64,000 nt of DNA from Amoebophrya sp. A120 (lineage: Eukaryota; Protista; Dinoflagellata): positions 1,288,710-1,352,709 of the forward strand of contig CAJINV010000003.1 in NCBI GenBank assembly GCA_905178155.1. The letters run 5' to 3'. Made by a program: the position numbers and the translations under genes. Below the pieces are notes generated by a model that saw only the letters and a list, made by a program, of their open reading frames with translations, had not been told where the DNA came from and ran no database searches. Below, piece after piece: positions 12,129 to 22,711 of this stretch. Numbering within the stretch: position 1 is the first letter of the stretch; every line of letters starts with the position of its first letter.

Positions 12129-12647
12129 TCACGGTGTGAAGACAGGTCGTGCAGTTGCATGTCTTGCAGCTCCTGGTTGGACGAGAGATAGAAAGACAAC
12201 AAGGTCAAGCTTGAGCGGCTTCAACAGGTCGTGAAAAGACGAGATGTACTTGCTCACGCATACTCCTGCAGCCGCACGTGAGCGTGACGTCCAACCGCGG
12301 CATTTTCTCTCTCTCGAAAAAACACAACGGACACACGCACTCCCTTCTTGATGAAAGAAGCGGGAAAAACAAAAACTCATGTCGTGTTTGTGCGCGACAA
12401 GCTTGAGAAAAATCACGACGGAGTCTGTCTCGAACACGATGCATTTTTCACACAAACCCAATTCAAAACGCCGCACACCTGGTAGAGATGGGCGGTGGTG
12501 GTGGAGGTCCCACGCTATCTTATTGTGTAGTACAACACAGCAGGCACAGAAATCATACAGACGCGCCCCGTATGATTTTTTGCTTCGGAAACTGTACCGC
12601 GATTGATCCACTTTACAATATTTCTTACAACTCACGCAGTACCCCAT
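12129..12647 (-). CDS. Possible small Cys-rich hypothetical protein
   Basis: 172-aa ATG-initiated ORF with several CxxC pairs. No recognisable family. Confidence 0.3.
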   Translation of the reverse strand: MGYCVSCKKYCKVDQSRYSFRSKKSYGARLYDFCACCVVLHNKIAWDLHHHRPSLPGVRRFELGLCEKCIVFETDSVVIFLKLVAHKHDMSFCFSRFFHQEGSACVRCVFSRERKCRGWTSRSRAAAGVCVSKYISSFHDLLKPLKLDLVVFLSLVQPGAARHATARPVFTP

Positions 12648-13217
12648 ATTTTGGACAAGGCAGCAGATACAAGAACTGCAGTCAGTCCGGCGCAGGGCCG
12701 TAGGTGTTAATTTCGGTAGTGGAGGTACTAGGTAAGGAACTTTAATTTGAAAATTTCACAAAAACAACTGTGAGATAATATGAATTGCTGTTCTATCTTC
12801 TTGGGAAAAAAACGCTGACGCGCGCTCGTTAACTATGCAGGAGAACCGTGTGAAAGTACAAAATGACGAAAACTGTGAATAATACAATGAATTAGGTACA
12901 AATAAAGAGAAAACCGGGAAAAATAGGAAACGCGAGACGAAAAGCCATGCTGTTGAGACACGGCCATCGGCGATAGCGATGCGAATCGGGGAAGTTGTGC
13001 AGTTGCTAGTTGTCCCGGTTTGATTTTTTTGATAGCCCAAAGCCAAACATTATCAAACACTCTGGACAATAAAAAAGCGAAAGCGCCGCGCACTTTCACC
13101 TCCTTTTCCTCTTCCTCCGATAATTCCACTACTGTATTTCGCCACAAGAACGACCACTGCAATAAAGCCGCTTCGTCGGTAGAGACCTATCGGTCGCGGG
13201 ACAGGACCACTTCCTCC

Positions 13218-15382
13218 CTAGGCCTGCGAGAAGCGGTCAAACAACATCGCCCGGGAGATCACGGTGATGTAGATTCCCAGGGCGATGGTGATCGTGCAGA
13301 AGACGATTTTGGTCATGAAGTTGTGGTTGTACCGGTGGTAGATCGTGTCCGACACGGCCCAGTCGTATCAAATGCAAATATGTCTGGGTCTGGAAACTTC
13401 AACTTGTGATGCTAAAACGTGCACGATGAAAACACTTCCGAATGCAGCCCAGCGTGACAACTTCCCAAAACGCTTTCTCATACGCAATCCGCATGAGAAA
13501 CTACGTTTTTGCATGACAAAAGAGGTTGCGACTTTTGCTGCTTATGCAATACAGATTTCCCAGGAGTGTACAGCTAGCATTACAAGTTCCAACCTTCCAG
13601 ACCCAGACATTTTTGCAGTGCATAAGTCGCCACCGATGTCCGCGCTCTCCTCCGCGTCGCCCTGGTCCATCATCTCAAAATTCAAATCGTCGTCGTCCTC
13701 GTCATCCAGTGCGTCCTGTGCGCGAACCACGCGCAAGGGCTTGTGGTGGAAGTTTTTCTGCTGGATCCAGGGAATCATCATGATCACCATACCCAGCGCC
13801 GCGCCAATTAGTCCGAGAACCTATTATTTTTCGATCGAATAAATTTGAGGATGTTAAATGTTTATTTTATTGGATGCAGCTTCCCGGAAAAACAAAATCT
13901 AGCTGTTGATACTGTTGCAGCAAAAAAATATAAGGAGAACCAGCTTGACAGTCCGTCCAGACGAGTGCTCAAAAGCAAGTCGCAACTACCAAAACTACAA
14001 CCATGACTTAGACCAAAGGCAGTGACGCGGGAAACTACTTAAAAGTGTGTTGAAAAGGACGAGTTATACGATGACAATGACGGAGTTGAAGCCTTTGAGC
14101 ATGCCGTCCTGCAACAGGAACACGCTTCCAATCGCGAGGGATGGGATGCCAATCGTGAGTCCCAAAAACCATATAGCCGGGAAGGGGCACGTCGCAAGGA
14201 GGCGATCTCGCTCGGTCAAAGACTCGTCGCGATACTTCAGTCGGTACTCCTCCATCTTCGTTCGCCGCGCGTAAATCTCCTGAGTCACCACATTTTCGTT
14301 CGGCAGGCCCATCTCGTGCAACAGGTCACGGGTCACCTGATTTTCATTTTCGTAGTGAGGTCCAGGTCACGAAACTGGACCAAGTGCGCAGCAGCGAAGA
14401 CGTTGTATACTTTCGCGGTGGTTTTTATGCAGTTGCAATGTTCATATTAGGAAAAATAGAAATGATCCCCCCTTGTGATAGACGTAGATATGTTTTATGT
14501 CAAGAAATAAGGAAAAAACAAGTACCCCCATCTGTGCTGCTTCGGCACTTATTTTTGCGGCCTCGTCCTTCTTGTCGACCTCGTTTGGGTACAAGATGGA
14601 GTGGATCTCGGCGTATCGCTGCCAGGGTAGCCAAATCATGAGCTGCAGCAGGAACGACGGCAGGCCGGAACTGGGGTGGTGGTTTCTGCCCCTCCCCCCG
14701 GTCATCTGGATCAGAATACCCTGCAGGATCGTGATCACGTACCAAAGCGCGAACAGGATACCCGTCGCCTTCGCCTCGTACCGAAACTCCACCCACAACC
14801 CAAAAAAGATACACAGCATCCCACCAATCAGGTAGCACACCGTGTTTGGGACCACCAGTGCGTGTCTGTGATGTAAAACGTAGTTTTTTCCTTTTTGATA
14901 TCATGCTATTTGTTGAGACCACGCGCTCTATCTTGATGATAAATATGGCAAGAACTACGGGAAGTAGACTGCAGTTGCAACGATGTGCGAATGAAAAGAA
15001 AAAGCAAAAATGTGAAGAAAAAAAATTATCCGTACGCCAGCTCCTGCGAGTAGAGCGTGAAGGAGAGCTCGCGACAGCCTCCGCCGTACTTGCCGAGGAT
15101 CCCTGGCCCCAGCTTCTGGTAGTCGTCGTCACCCAGCTTGTTCGTGGTAATGGTCAGAAACCAAAGGTAGGTGATCAATCCGAGGCACATCGCGGTGATA
15201 GCCGGGAAGTCGCGCGCCGTCGTGCCCGGGGGCGGGCCCGTGTCCTCCGGGCTTTTGTGCTGCAACAGCGTTTTGTCCGCCACCGGCCGGCCGAGTTTCG
15301 CGTAGGATTGGCGGCTGAGGCCATCCATCGGCGCCGTGGAGCCCATGCCGCTCTCCAGCATCCTGTCGTCCTTCTTCCCCAT
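13218..15382 (-). CDS. Multi-pass membrane protein, 5 exons
   Basis: GT-AG introns at 14866-15035, 14337-14525 and 13821-14069, plus introner 13366-13624. All joins are in frame (ELA-HALVV; QMG-VTRD; VIVI-VLGL; GGD-WAVSD). Several hydrophobic helices. Stop TAG at 13218-13220. Confidence 0.85.
13366..13624. mobile_element. Introner (non-canonical intron), family A, TSD AGTCG
   Basis: AGTCG at 13361-13365 and 13625-13629. Ends tatcaaatgcaaatatgtctgggtctggaa / ttccagacccagacatttttgcagtgcata. Confidence 0.93.
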
Positions 15383-16480
15383 AGTAGCTGCTGCCACCGC
15401 TGCTGCTGGCAAGCGCGGTCGTGAGAAGCCAAAGTGCAGAAGGTGGAAGAATTGTTTTTATTAAACTGTAGGTTTGATATTCTCGCTGTGGTGGCTTTTC
15501 AACACAAAATCAGATCGCCCGACGTCACCACCAAACGCCGGGCTCTACAAAAAAGATGCGGTAAGGGGGGAAATCAAATAACAAATAAAAATAAAACGGT
15601 GCTATAGCAAATGTTAAATTGAATCGCAGATCATTGCCCTTTGCCTCCGAAACGGGGGTACCGTCAAAGAGCCTGCAGTCGATGAATTTGAAGTTGATAA
15701 AATTGAGCAGTTTCGACGTAATGCAATCGTGACAAAGAACGAAAAGTTTTGAATCTGAATCCCGAGCGGACGCACCGACACGGACGAATCTGGTGCCCAA
15801 CGAGGTTTTTTCCACAATTGTTTGTGCACGAAACCGACTTTTTGATATGGCTGTGCAGAACGAAGCCCGATTCTTCGAATGGCGTCCACGAGACAACTAC
15901 AGTGACCGAATGAATCGCACGAGTAGTATTTTTTTCTCTACGTCGAGACCGAAAGGATGCTGATTTATTCTTTGACGACTTTGCAACGTCACCGACGACC
16001 AGCGAAGAGACAGACCGAGCAGAAGCTTCGAGTCGCATAAAAGTGCCCGTTGTTGCAATGAGCGCCCACACTGTAACCGAGCACCTGTTGATCATGAAAC
16101 CGATCGGCGAAGACGAAGAGTATTGCTACTGCGTAAGGGCCGAAGGGGCGGAGAGCGACAGAGATTGATCGGTTAAGGTCCATTCCTAGTCTTTGGAAAG
16201 TAATTCTTTCGATAGTATCATCTTTTTCGCCATCCGTCAAAATTTGTTTGCAATTTCGATGTCCTCTGGAATTGACGACCGCGAAGGTGCCGACTACGCT
16301 TTTTCCAGTACAACTGAACCGAGGAGTTAGTGTAGTCTCATTCTCTGTCTAAGAACATGGAATCGGAATGAAGTAAACTGCAAGAAGAAGAACTAAAAGT
16401 AAAGTAGTACAAAAAGAAAAACAAAGCTCACGACGTGTTTTTGAAAAAAAAACTCATTTCTGACCTATCCAAAAAGTCAA

Positions 16481-18172
16481 TCACCACTTGCGGTACTTCT
16501 TTTCTTCGAGCAGCGTTTGCTTAGCCTGCGCCTGACTGATGAAAAACAACTGCGGCTCGATTTTTAGCATCACACGCAGTCTTTCAGGGGGGGAAGCAGA
16601 CACCGCACCGGACCCTTCCCCGCCGCCGCAAGTCCTACCCACGCTGTCCTTCTTGGAAGCATCAACGTAAAATTCACTCATCACACCCGAGTCGGTTTCG
16701 CGCCACGATAGTTCGGGGTGAATCGCCTTCAGAATCAGTTTGTAGATGTCGCAAACCGACCTCTTATCGGCGGAACAAAACTGTTTCAGGCGAATGCACT
16801 TCGGGCAGCCTTCCGGTTTGTGCCGACCGTGCGGATGGTGGTCCCACAGCATCTCGAGAAAATGCGCTTCGACGAATGCTCCGCAACCGGTACAGGCTTG
16901 TTTCGGCTTCTCGTTCTTGGCATTGCGCCACTGGTTGAATCGCGCGTCGCGGTTCTCCTCGTAGTCCCAAAACACGCAGGTGCAACCGACCATGGCTTTG
17001 CGCTCCAGATCGACACCGCAGCCGAAGCAGGTCGTGTCATCGCTGTTCAAGGTGGCAGTCGAATCGCGGCGCGTCACCTGCAAACCGCGACTACGCTCGC
17101 CGTCATCAAGACGCAAACTCGCGAAGCGCTCGAAGAGAGCTCGGTCCGCGTCATCCTCGCGGTAGTTGGTTGCGAGACCCGTTCTTGCACTCTGCGCCCT
17201 TGGGTCCTGATCCGGGGGCTGGTCGAGGTAAATACCCCAAGCCTTGATGGAACTCCAGTTTTTTTTCCGCATTCGTTCAAAGGGTTGCGGGTCGTCTCTT
17301 TGCGATTCGCGATCCCGCAGGCCGCAATCGCAAGAAAACTGGGCGTACAACTGGTATTCCTCAAAGTTGACAAGCTCCCGGAGTTTCGCCGGTTTGGTCA
17401 ATCGTGCCAGCAAATCTGCTGGAATGCCGGCGCAAGCAACACCGTCTACCGGAGAAAACCGCCGCTGTCCGCTACCGCCGGCGGAACCACCGGCCTCCTC
17501 GGTCGAGGAGCGTTGCGAGTCCAACAGATTCTTCACTTCCTTGTTCTGCAGGCCCTTTCCGAAGAGCTTCGAGATCGCCAGCTTGTGCTTGATGTGCATT
17601 TCGGGCATATCGCGGCCGTCGAATTCATGCTGTGGGATGAGCGACAACACGGCTTCGAGCTGCTTCAAATCTGCTACTGGGGTACTCGCTGCAGCCGCAT
17701 TCGGAAAGTGTAAGCTGTTCTCGTTGAAAACATGCACGTCGACAATCAGCTTGGACTTGCCGGTGATGAAACCCTCAAACTGCGGCAGCTCCTGTTCGAC
17801 GTCGCTCGCGTTGCGGCCTCCGCGCATCTTGTCTTTGAGGCGCCTGACCTCTACGCGCCGGAGTGCCCGTTCATTCTCCTCCGCCCTGCGATCGCTTCCG
17901 ACTTCTCGGCGGATGTCGTGGACGGGGTCTCGGGAGTAAACGGCGCCGCCTTTTTCGGGTCGCACAAGGACCATGCGGCCACCATCGATGATCAGATTGG
18001 CGACGTAGTCATTCTTGCCGCACTTCTCTAGGAGAACACGCGTGTCCTCGCCCCGTCCGTCGCCATGAACGCAGCGTATCACATCAAGAACCGAGTAAGT
18101 CACGCCGTACTTCGTTCTTTCGTTCCAGTACAACTGGATCTTTTCCCCCCTGGTCGGTGTGAAGACGACCAT
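16481..18172 (-). CDS. Intronless 563-aa protein with Bro-N-like N-terminal motifs and Cys/His-rich (HNH-like) C-terminus
   Basis: Motifs YSVLDVIRCV and HFP...STPVADLKQLEAVLSLIP. C-terminal CFGC, CTGC...WDHH...CPKC. Confidence 0.65.
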   Translation of the reverse strand: MVVFTPTRGEKIQLYWNERTKYGVTYSVLDVIRCVHGDGRGEDTRVLLEKCGKNDYVANLIIDGGRMVLVRPEKGGAVYSRDPVHDIRREVGSDRRAEENERALRRVEVRRLKDKMRGGRNASDVEQELPQFEGFITGKSKLIVDVHVFNENSLHFPNAAAASTPVADLKQLEAVLSLIPQHEFDGRDMPEMHIKHKLAISKLFGKGLQNKEVKNLLDSQRSSTEEAGGSAGGSGQRRFSPVDGVACAGIPADLLARLTKPAKLRELVNFEEYQLYAQFSCDCGLRDRESQRDDPQPFERMRKKNWSSIKAWGIYLDQPPDQDPRAQSARTGLATNYREDDADRALFERFASLRLDDGERSRGLQVTRRDSTATLNSDDTTCFGCGVDLERKAMVGCTCVFWDYEENRDARFNQWRNAKNEKPKQACTGCGAFVEAHFLEMLWDHHPHGRHKPEGCPKCIRLKQFCSADKRSVCDIYKLILKAIHPELSWRETDSGVMSEFYVDASKKDSVGRTCGGGEGSGAVSASPPERLRVMLKIEPQLFFISQAQAKQTLLEEKKYRKW

Positions 18173-19056
18173 CTTTGGCTATCAGCTGCGCGCCCGAAAT
18201 TTTCGGTGCAATCAAGCCTGCAACGAATCGCCCCCCTGAACGACGAGCTCCTATAGAACGAAATTATCCGCTGATGATGATGATGATTAGTTCGAGCGAA
18301 ATTATCCGCTGGAAGATGTCACAAAAACAAGATTACCCTCACAAATTCAAATTCTGGTCGGGGTGAACTTCTCTCAGATAAATTTTGTGATTACACGGGC
18401 CGCAAGCTCAGGCTAGTCTCTCTCTGGCGTTGGAAACGAATGTCCATGCATCCTCGGGCGCGGACCTCTCATGCCTGCAGCTGCCAGCGGGACACACTTC
18501 ACCAAATCTTCTTCTCGAACACGTGGCTTGTTTCAGCCTTTTCAAAATTCGCATTACATTTATTGTGCCCGTGAATACAACAGATCGATTGTGGATAGCC
18601 ATATCATGATTGCAACCAGGATGGACTTGCGTATGCGTTCGAGCTCATACTACAACATAGGTATTACCACCTTGCGCAACAATCCAAAATGATTTTCTAT
18701 ACTACACTTGTGGTCGGTTCAGGAAGATCGGTGCTACACCGTACTGAATTTTCCTTGGTTCTTCATCCAAGGTGGGTCTTTTATCCAACATACTTTTGCA
18801 GTAAGTACTTCGATCATGTGTTTCCTGCGATGATAGGTCCTTATTTTCAGGGAACTCCCTCACCTGTTATTGTAGATATCTCACTTTAGAAAGTAGAAAT
18901 TGGGTCGAAGCCGCGTTGTTTCATAATACCGCGCTTTTCCTTTTTGCAAATTCATCTGACAAGAAAATAAGTTGCAGAATTTTTTTTTTCACTCCATGTC
19001 ACCCAGGTAAATAGCGTTTATGACTTCATCTTTTTTCGAACGCATTTCGAAGAATA

Positions 19057-20675
19057 TCACTGCTCTTCGGCCCACCACTCTTGTTCACCCGCCGCGTCCT
19101 CCGCTTGACCGCCCTCCGCCCACTCCGCTTCCTCACCCGCCCACTCTTCACCCCACACGCCTTCCGCGCCCCAGGCGGTTTCCGCAGCACCCTCTTGCCA
19201 GTACTCGGCGGCGTTTTCGTCCCAGTTTGTTTCGGCCGCACCACCCCACTCCGCGTTCCAGTCCTCCGCACCTGCTCCCTCCCAGTTACCCTCCGCGTTT
19301 TCTTCGTCCCAGTGCTCCGTAGCGTCCCATTCTTGTCCGCCCGCCGCCGCGGCTACCGCTCCGTACTGCTCCCACTCCCACGCAGCCCACTCTTCGGCGG
19401 TGTACTCCACCTCTTCCGCGAGAGCTCCTGCAGTGGTTCCACCTTCGCCTTCTACCAACGCCGTGTCGGGGGCGCTCGCGGTTTTGCTTTTTCTACTGCT
19501 GTATCCCTCGGGGTGGACAGCTCCCGCCGTTGTTGCGCTGCGCGTCGGAAGATCCGCCTTGCTAGCCGCAGCCGCTCCGGGCCGCACATTTCCCAGACCG
19601 GTGCTTGCTGTGGCCGCACTGCGACTTTGTCTTGTAACTGCAGCAGCACTACTTCTCGGGCTAATCACAACCGCAGGTCTGGCCGTCGCGCTTTGCTTCC
19701 GCAAGGATGGCAGCTTTGACGTCGCGAAGGAGCCGCGCTGCGATTGTGCTTGCTCGAAAGCGCCGGTGATTGCCGGTTTCTGCTGCTTCAGCGACAGACT
19801 GCCGGTCGGCACCTGCGCCCCAGATTGCGCCTCCTGCAAAGCAGACGCACCGAGTACTGGTGGATTGGCCTGCAGCAGCTGCTGGTAGTACTGGTGATCT
19901 TTCAGCAAACTCGCCTCGCGCTTAAACGCGTCCTCCCGTTCTTGCAGCAGTGTTTTGATCACAGTGGAATGGTCGAAGGTGGCTTGAGGCACATCCTGCT
20001 CCGCGACAAACTTGTTTTCCATCAAAGGGTGAAACATGGGCTGCGACTGCACGCTCCTCGCGTTCGGACTCAGCATGCTGCGCGCGGACCGCTGCGCCGC
20101 GGGCCGGGTGGGTTGCTTCCCGCTCAGCAGTCGGACCCTAGAAAAGTTGCGTGTATGATGAAAATCAAGATCGACGTCTAGGATGTGTTTCGCAAACAGA
20201 AACCTGTCCTGTCCATCGTGCATCGTGAGCACAACCTCCTGCGAAATAAAATCCACATCAATTCGTACCTGCTTGGGGACAGCGCTTGGGATTGGAGCCT
20301 TGCTTGCGTTGGTGACACGACCACCATCGTTGGCGACCGGGCGCCGGTGGGGCTGCGGAGGCGAATCCGCTCCCGCCCACGGAGAAATTTTCTCCAGTCG
20401 AGGTCCCCGTCCTTCTGCAGACCCCAGACTTCGCAGAACCGGTACAGTGCCGCCACCCGATCCGCGTGGTCTTGGCCAATGTTGAGCTGCGCGATGGTGA
20501 GGGGGTAGTTCACCTTTTCGAGAAACGCGATAGCCACCTCGGACAGGAGCTCCGTGAAGTAGAGGAAGTCAATGGGCTCCTTTCTCGGCCCAAACTTTTC
20601 GTGGAAATTATCCGCGGGCTCCTGAGTGACCTCGAGCAAACCAAAACTCTGCACGAACAGATGCCACTGGTACAC
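19057..20675 (-). CDS. Hypothetical protein with Trp/Glu/Ala-rich acidic C-terminal repeats (multi-exon, junction uncertain)
   Basis: ORFs 20178-20675 and 19057-20256 have protein-like composition, with a short GT..AG segment near 20239-20268. C-terminal EEWAAWEWE...WGEEW repeats. Confidence 0.6.
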
Positions 20676-20897
20676 GGAAACCCACTGTATTTTCCCACTA
20701 GTACTCGTCGTGCTCTCTGCGTCCGCGCGCGCGAAATAGCTAGGTTTTTTGTTCGCATTTAAAATGACGAGAACCTAGAAAGTAAAAGAGCAACAGCAAA
20801 CACCATTTACTAACTACCTTTCCTAACAAGCGCATTCTGAAAAAGGTAAAGTTGGAAACAGATCAAAAAGCTGCGGCGCTCATGTAAAACTAACTGT

Positions 20898-22200
20898 TTA
20901 CTGAAAAATTTCCTGCAACGCCCGGCGCACCGCGTGACTGGCTCTGGCATCCACTTTTTTGATCGCGCGGCGCACCACCGCAGTTGCGAATTCCGGCGTC
21001 GGAAAAACGATGTCCTTGTCCACGGGCAGTGGGGGCATTGTCCGCGACACCGAGGCCGGAACGACTTTGTACTCCCGGCTTGCGGTGGCGGCTCGCGGAC
21101 TGATGCAGCTCTCCTTGTCCACGCTGGCAAACGTCAGCTGCAGCAGCCTGCGGGACAGCGTCTGCTGAATCTGCTGGACCGCCGTCAGGTCTGTCTGGGA
21201 CACCCCGTCGCGGTCCGCGGCGGCGGCGCTGAAGGCACTGTTCAGCGTCGCTTTTGTCGACGTGGAAGCCGTGCTGGTGGTCGTCGTGTCCGGGGCGTGG
21301 ATCTGCTGCCACTCCTTGCAGATCTTGATCAGGCCGTCGAGGAAGCCCTGCGCGGAGAGATAAGCCGGGTTGCGCACATACCGGTCCGGCGCCGCGTGGG
21401 TCGCGGGCGCGTTGGAGGGGTAGCGTGCGGGGCCGTAGCGTAGACTCGGGCTCGTCACGGCGGGCGGGGCGATCTCTATTCCGAGGAGGTCCGGATGGTC
21501 GATTTGCAGCGAGGACATCGGGAGAGCCGTCTGCTGTTGTTCGACCGGCGTTTTCTTCCCGGTGCTTGACCCGGCGTCGGGCTGCCTGTTTCGGTTTCGG
21601 GTGGGGAGATAATTTGTGATAAAGCTTGCCAGCTAGCTTTATCTCATGTACGAAAAAATCTCTCCTGGTGGTAAAAATCATATCTTTATATGCGAATACT
21701 TCGCCTGCGGGCTGCTCCCCAGCGTGCCCGCTTCTCGTGCGCGCCAGAACGCAAGAAACTCTGCTTCGATATCTGCCGGCGATAATCCATTGATTTTCTT
21801 GGGGGTTGCGTCCGTGGCTGTGTCGCCAACATCCGCGCGCTCTCCGTCTGCTCCCAGCACACTCGCATTCTCACTGCTCGCCTTCGGGTCCGCATTGTTG
21901 CCAGCCTCTTCTTCTACCTGCTCTCCCTGCGCAACGGCGTCTCGAAGAATGATGTCGATCACCTGAAAAGAGAGCGTCGAAAGCGGATCTGCTTTTTTTG
22001 ACGGAAGCTGCAATGGAATGAATCGCTATGCGATCTTCAGAAAAATTAATCATGCAATCACTATTTCTACGAAAATCCAATACTCTTCGGACGGCTGCCG
22101 ATGTGACCGACCCTGCGTCTACAGATTCCGTCGATCCACGCCGCGTTTGCGGCGCATCCGCCTCGGGGTCTGCTTTCTCGACGGGATCTTCCTCGGCCAT
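20898..22200 (-). CDS. Hypothetical protein exons (possibly the 5' part of the 19057-20675 gene)
   Basis: ORFs 21871-22200 (MAEEDPVEK...), 21678-22013 (after a tttcag acceptor) and 20898-21518. Confidence 0.5.
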
Positions 22201-22711
22201 TTGCTATTTAAAACTGCTCAGCAAGTTTCTTATCATCTATTCTGCATGAACACCTTGCTCCGTCTCGCTAAAAAAAAATGTCCACTTCTCGCCCGCTCCC
22301 GCGCTCAAAAGAAAAGCTCTCTAATAGTTTCGCGAGTAATGCCACCGTCTCGCATTTTCTCTCTCACGATGTTCAACAACCTGAAAGAACCAACACACGG
22401 CAGCAGCAAAAACAAAAAAAGTTTTCTGCTCTCTTGTAGTCCTAGCATGAGCAGCACCAAATTGAAAGAGCTTCATGTGATAAATGCAAAACTTTTGCGT
22501 TGGAAACAACTTCGACAAAAATCCCGCCATCGTAGTCTCTTCGCTTTATGTACCAGTGCTACAACATTTCGAACAAGAATCGTACTTGCGTTCTTTCATT
22601 TTCGGGCATCGAAAATAATTCGTGTGTTTTCAGAATTGGCACGGACGCAAGGCCAGCAAAAAACTTCCTCGACGGTGGCGCGTCTGGACCCGAGGCAATC
22701 AACTGGCGATT

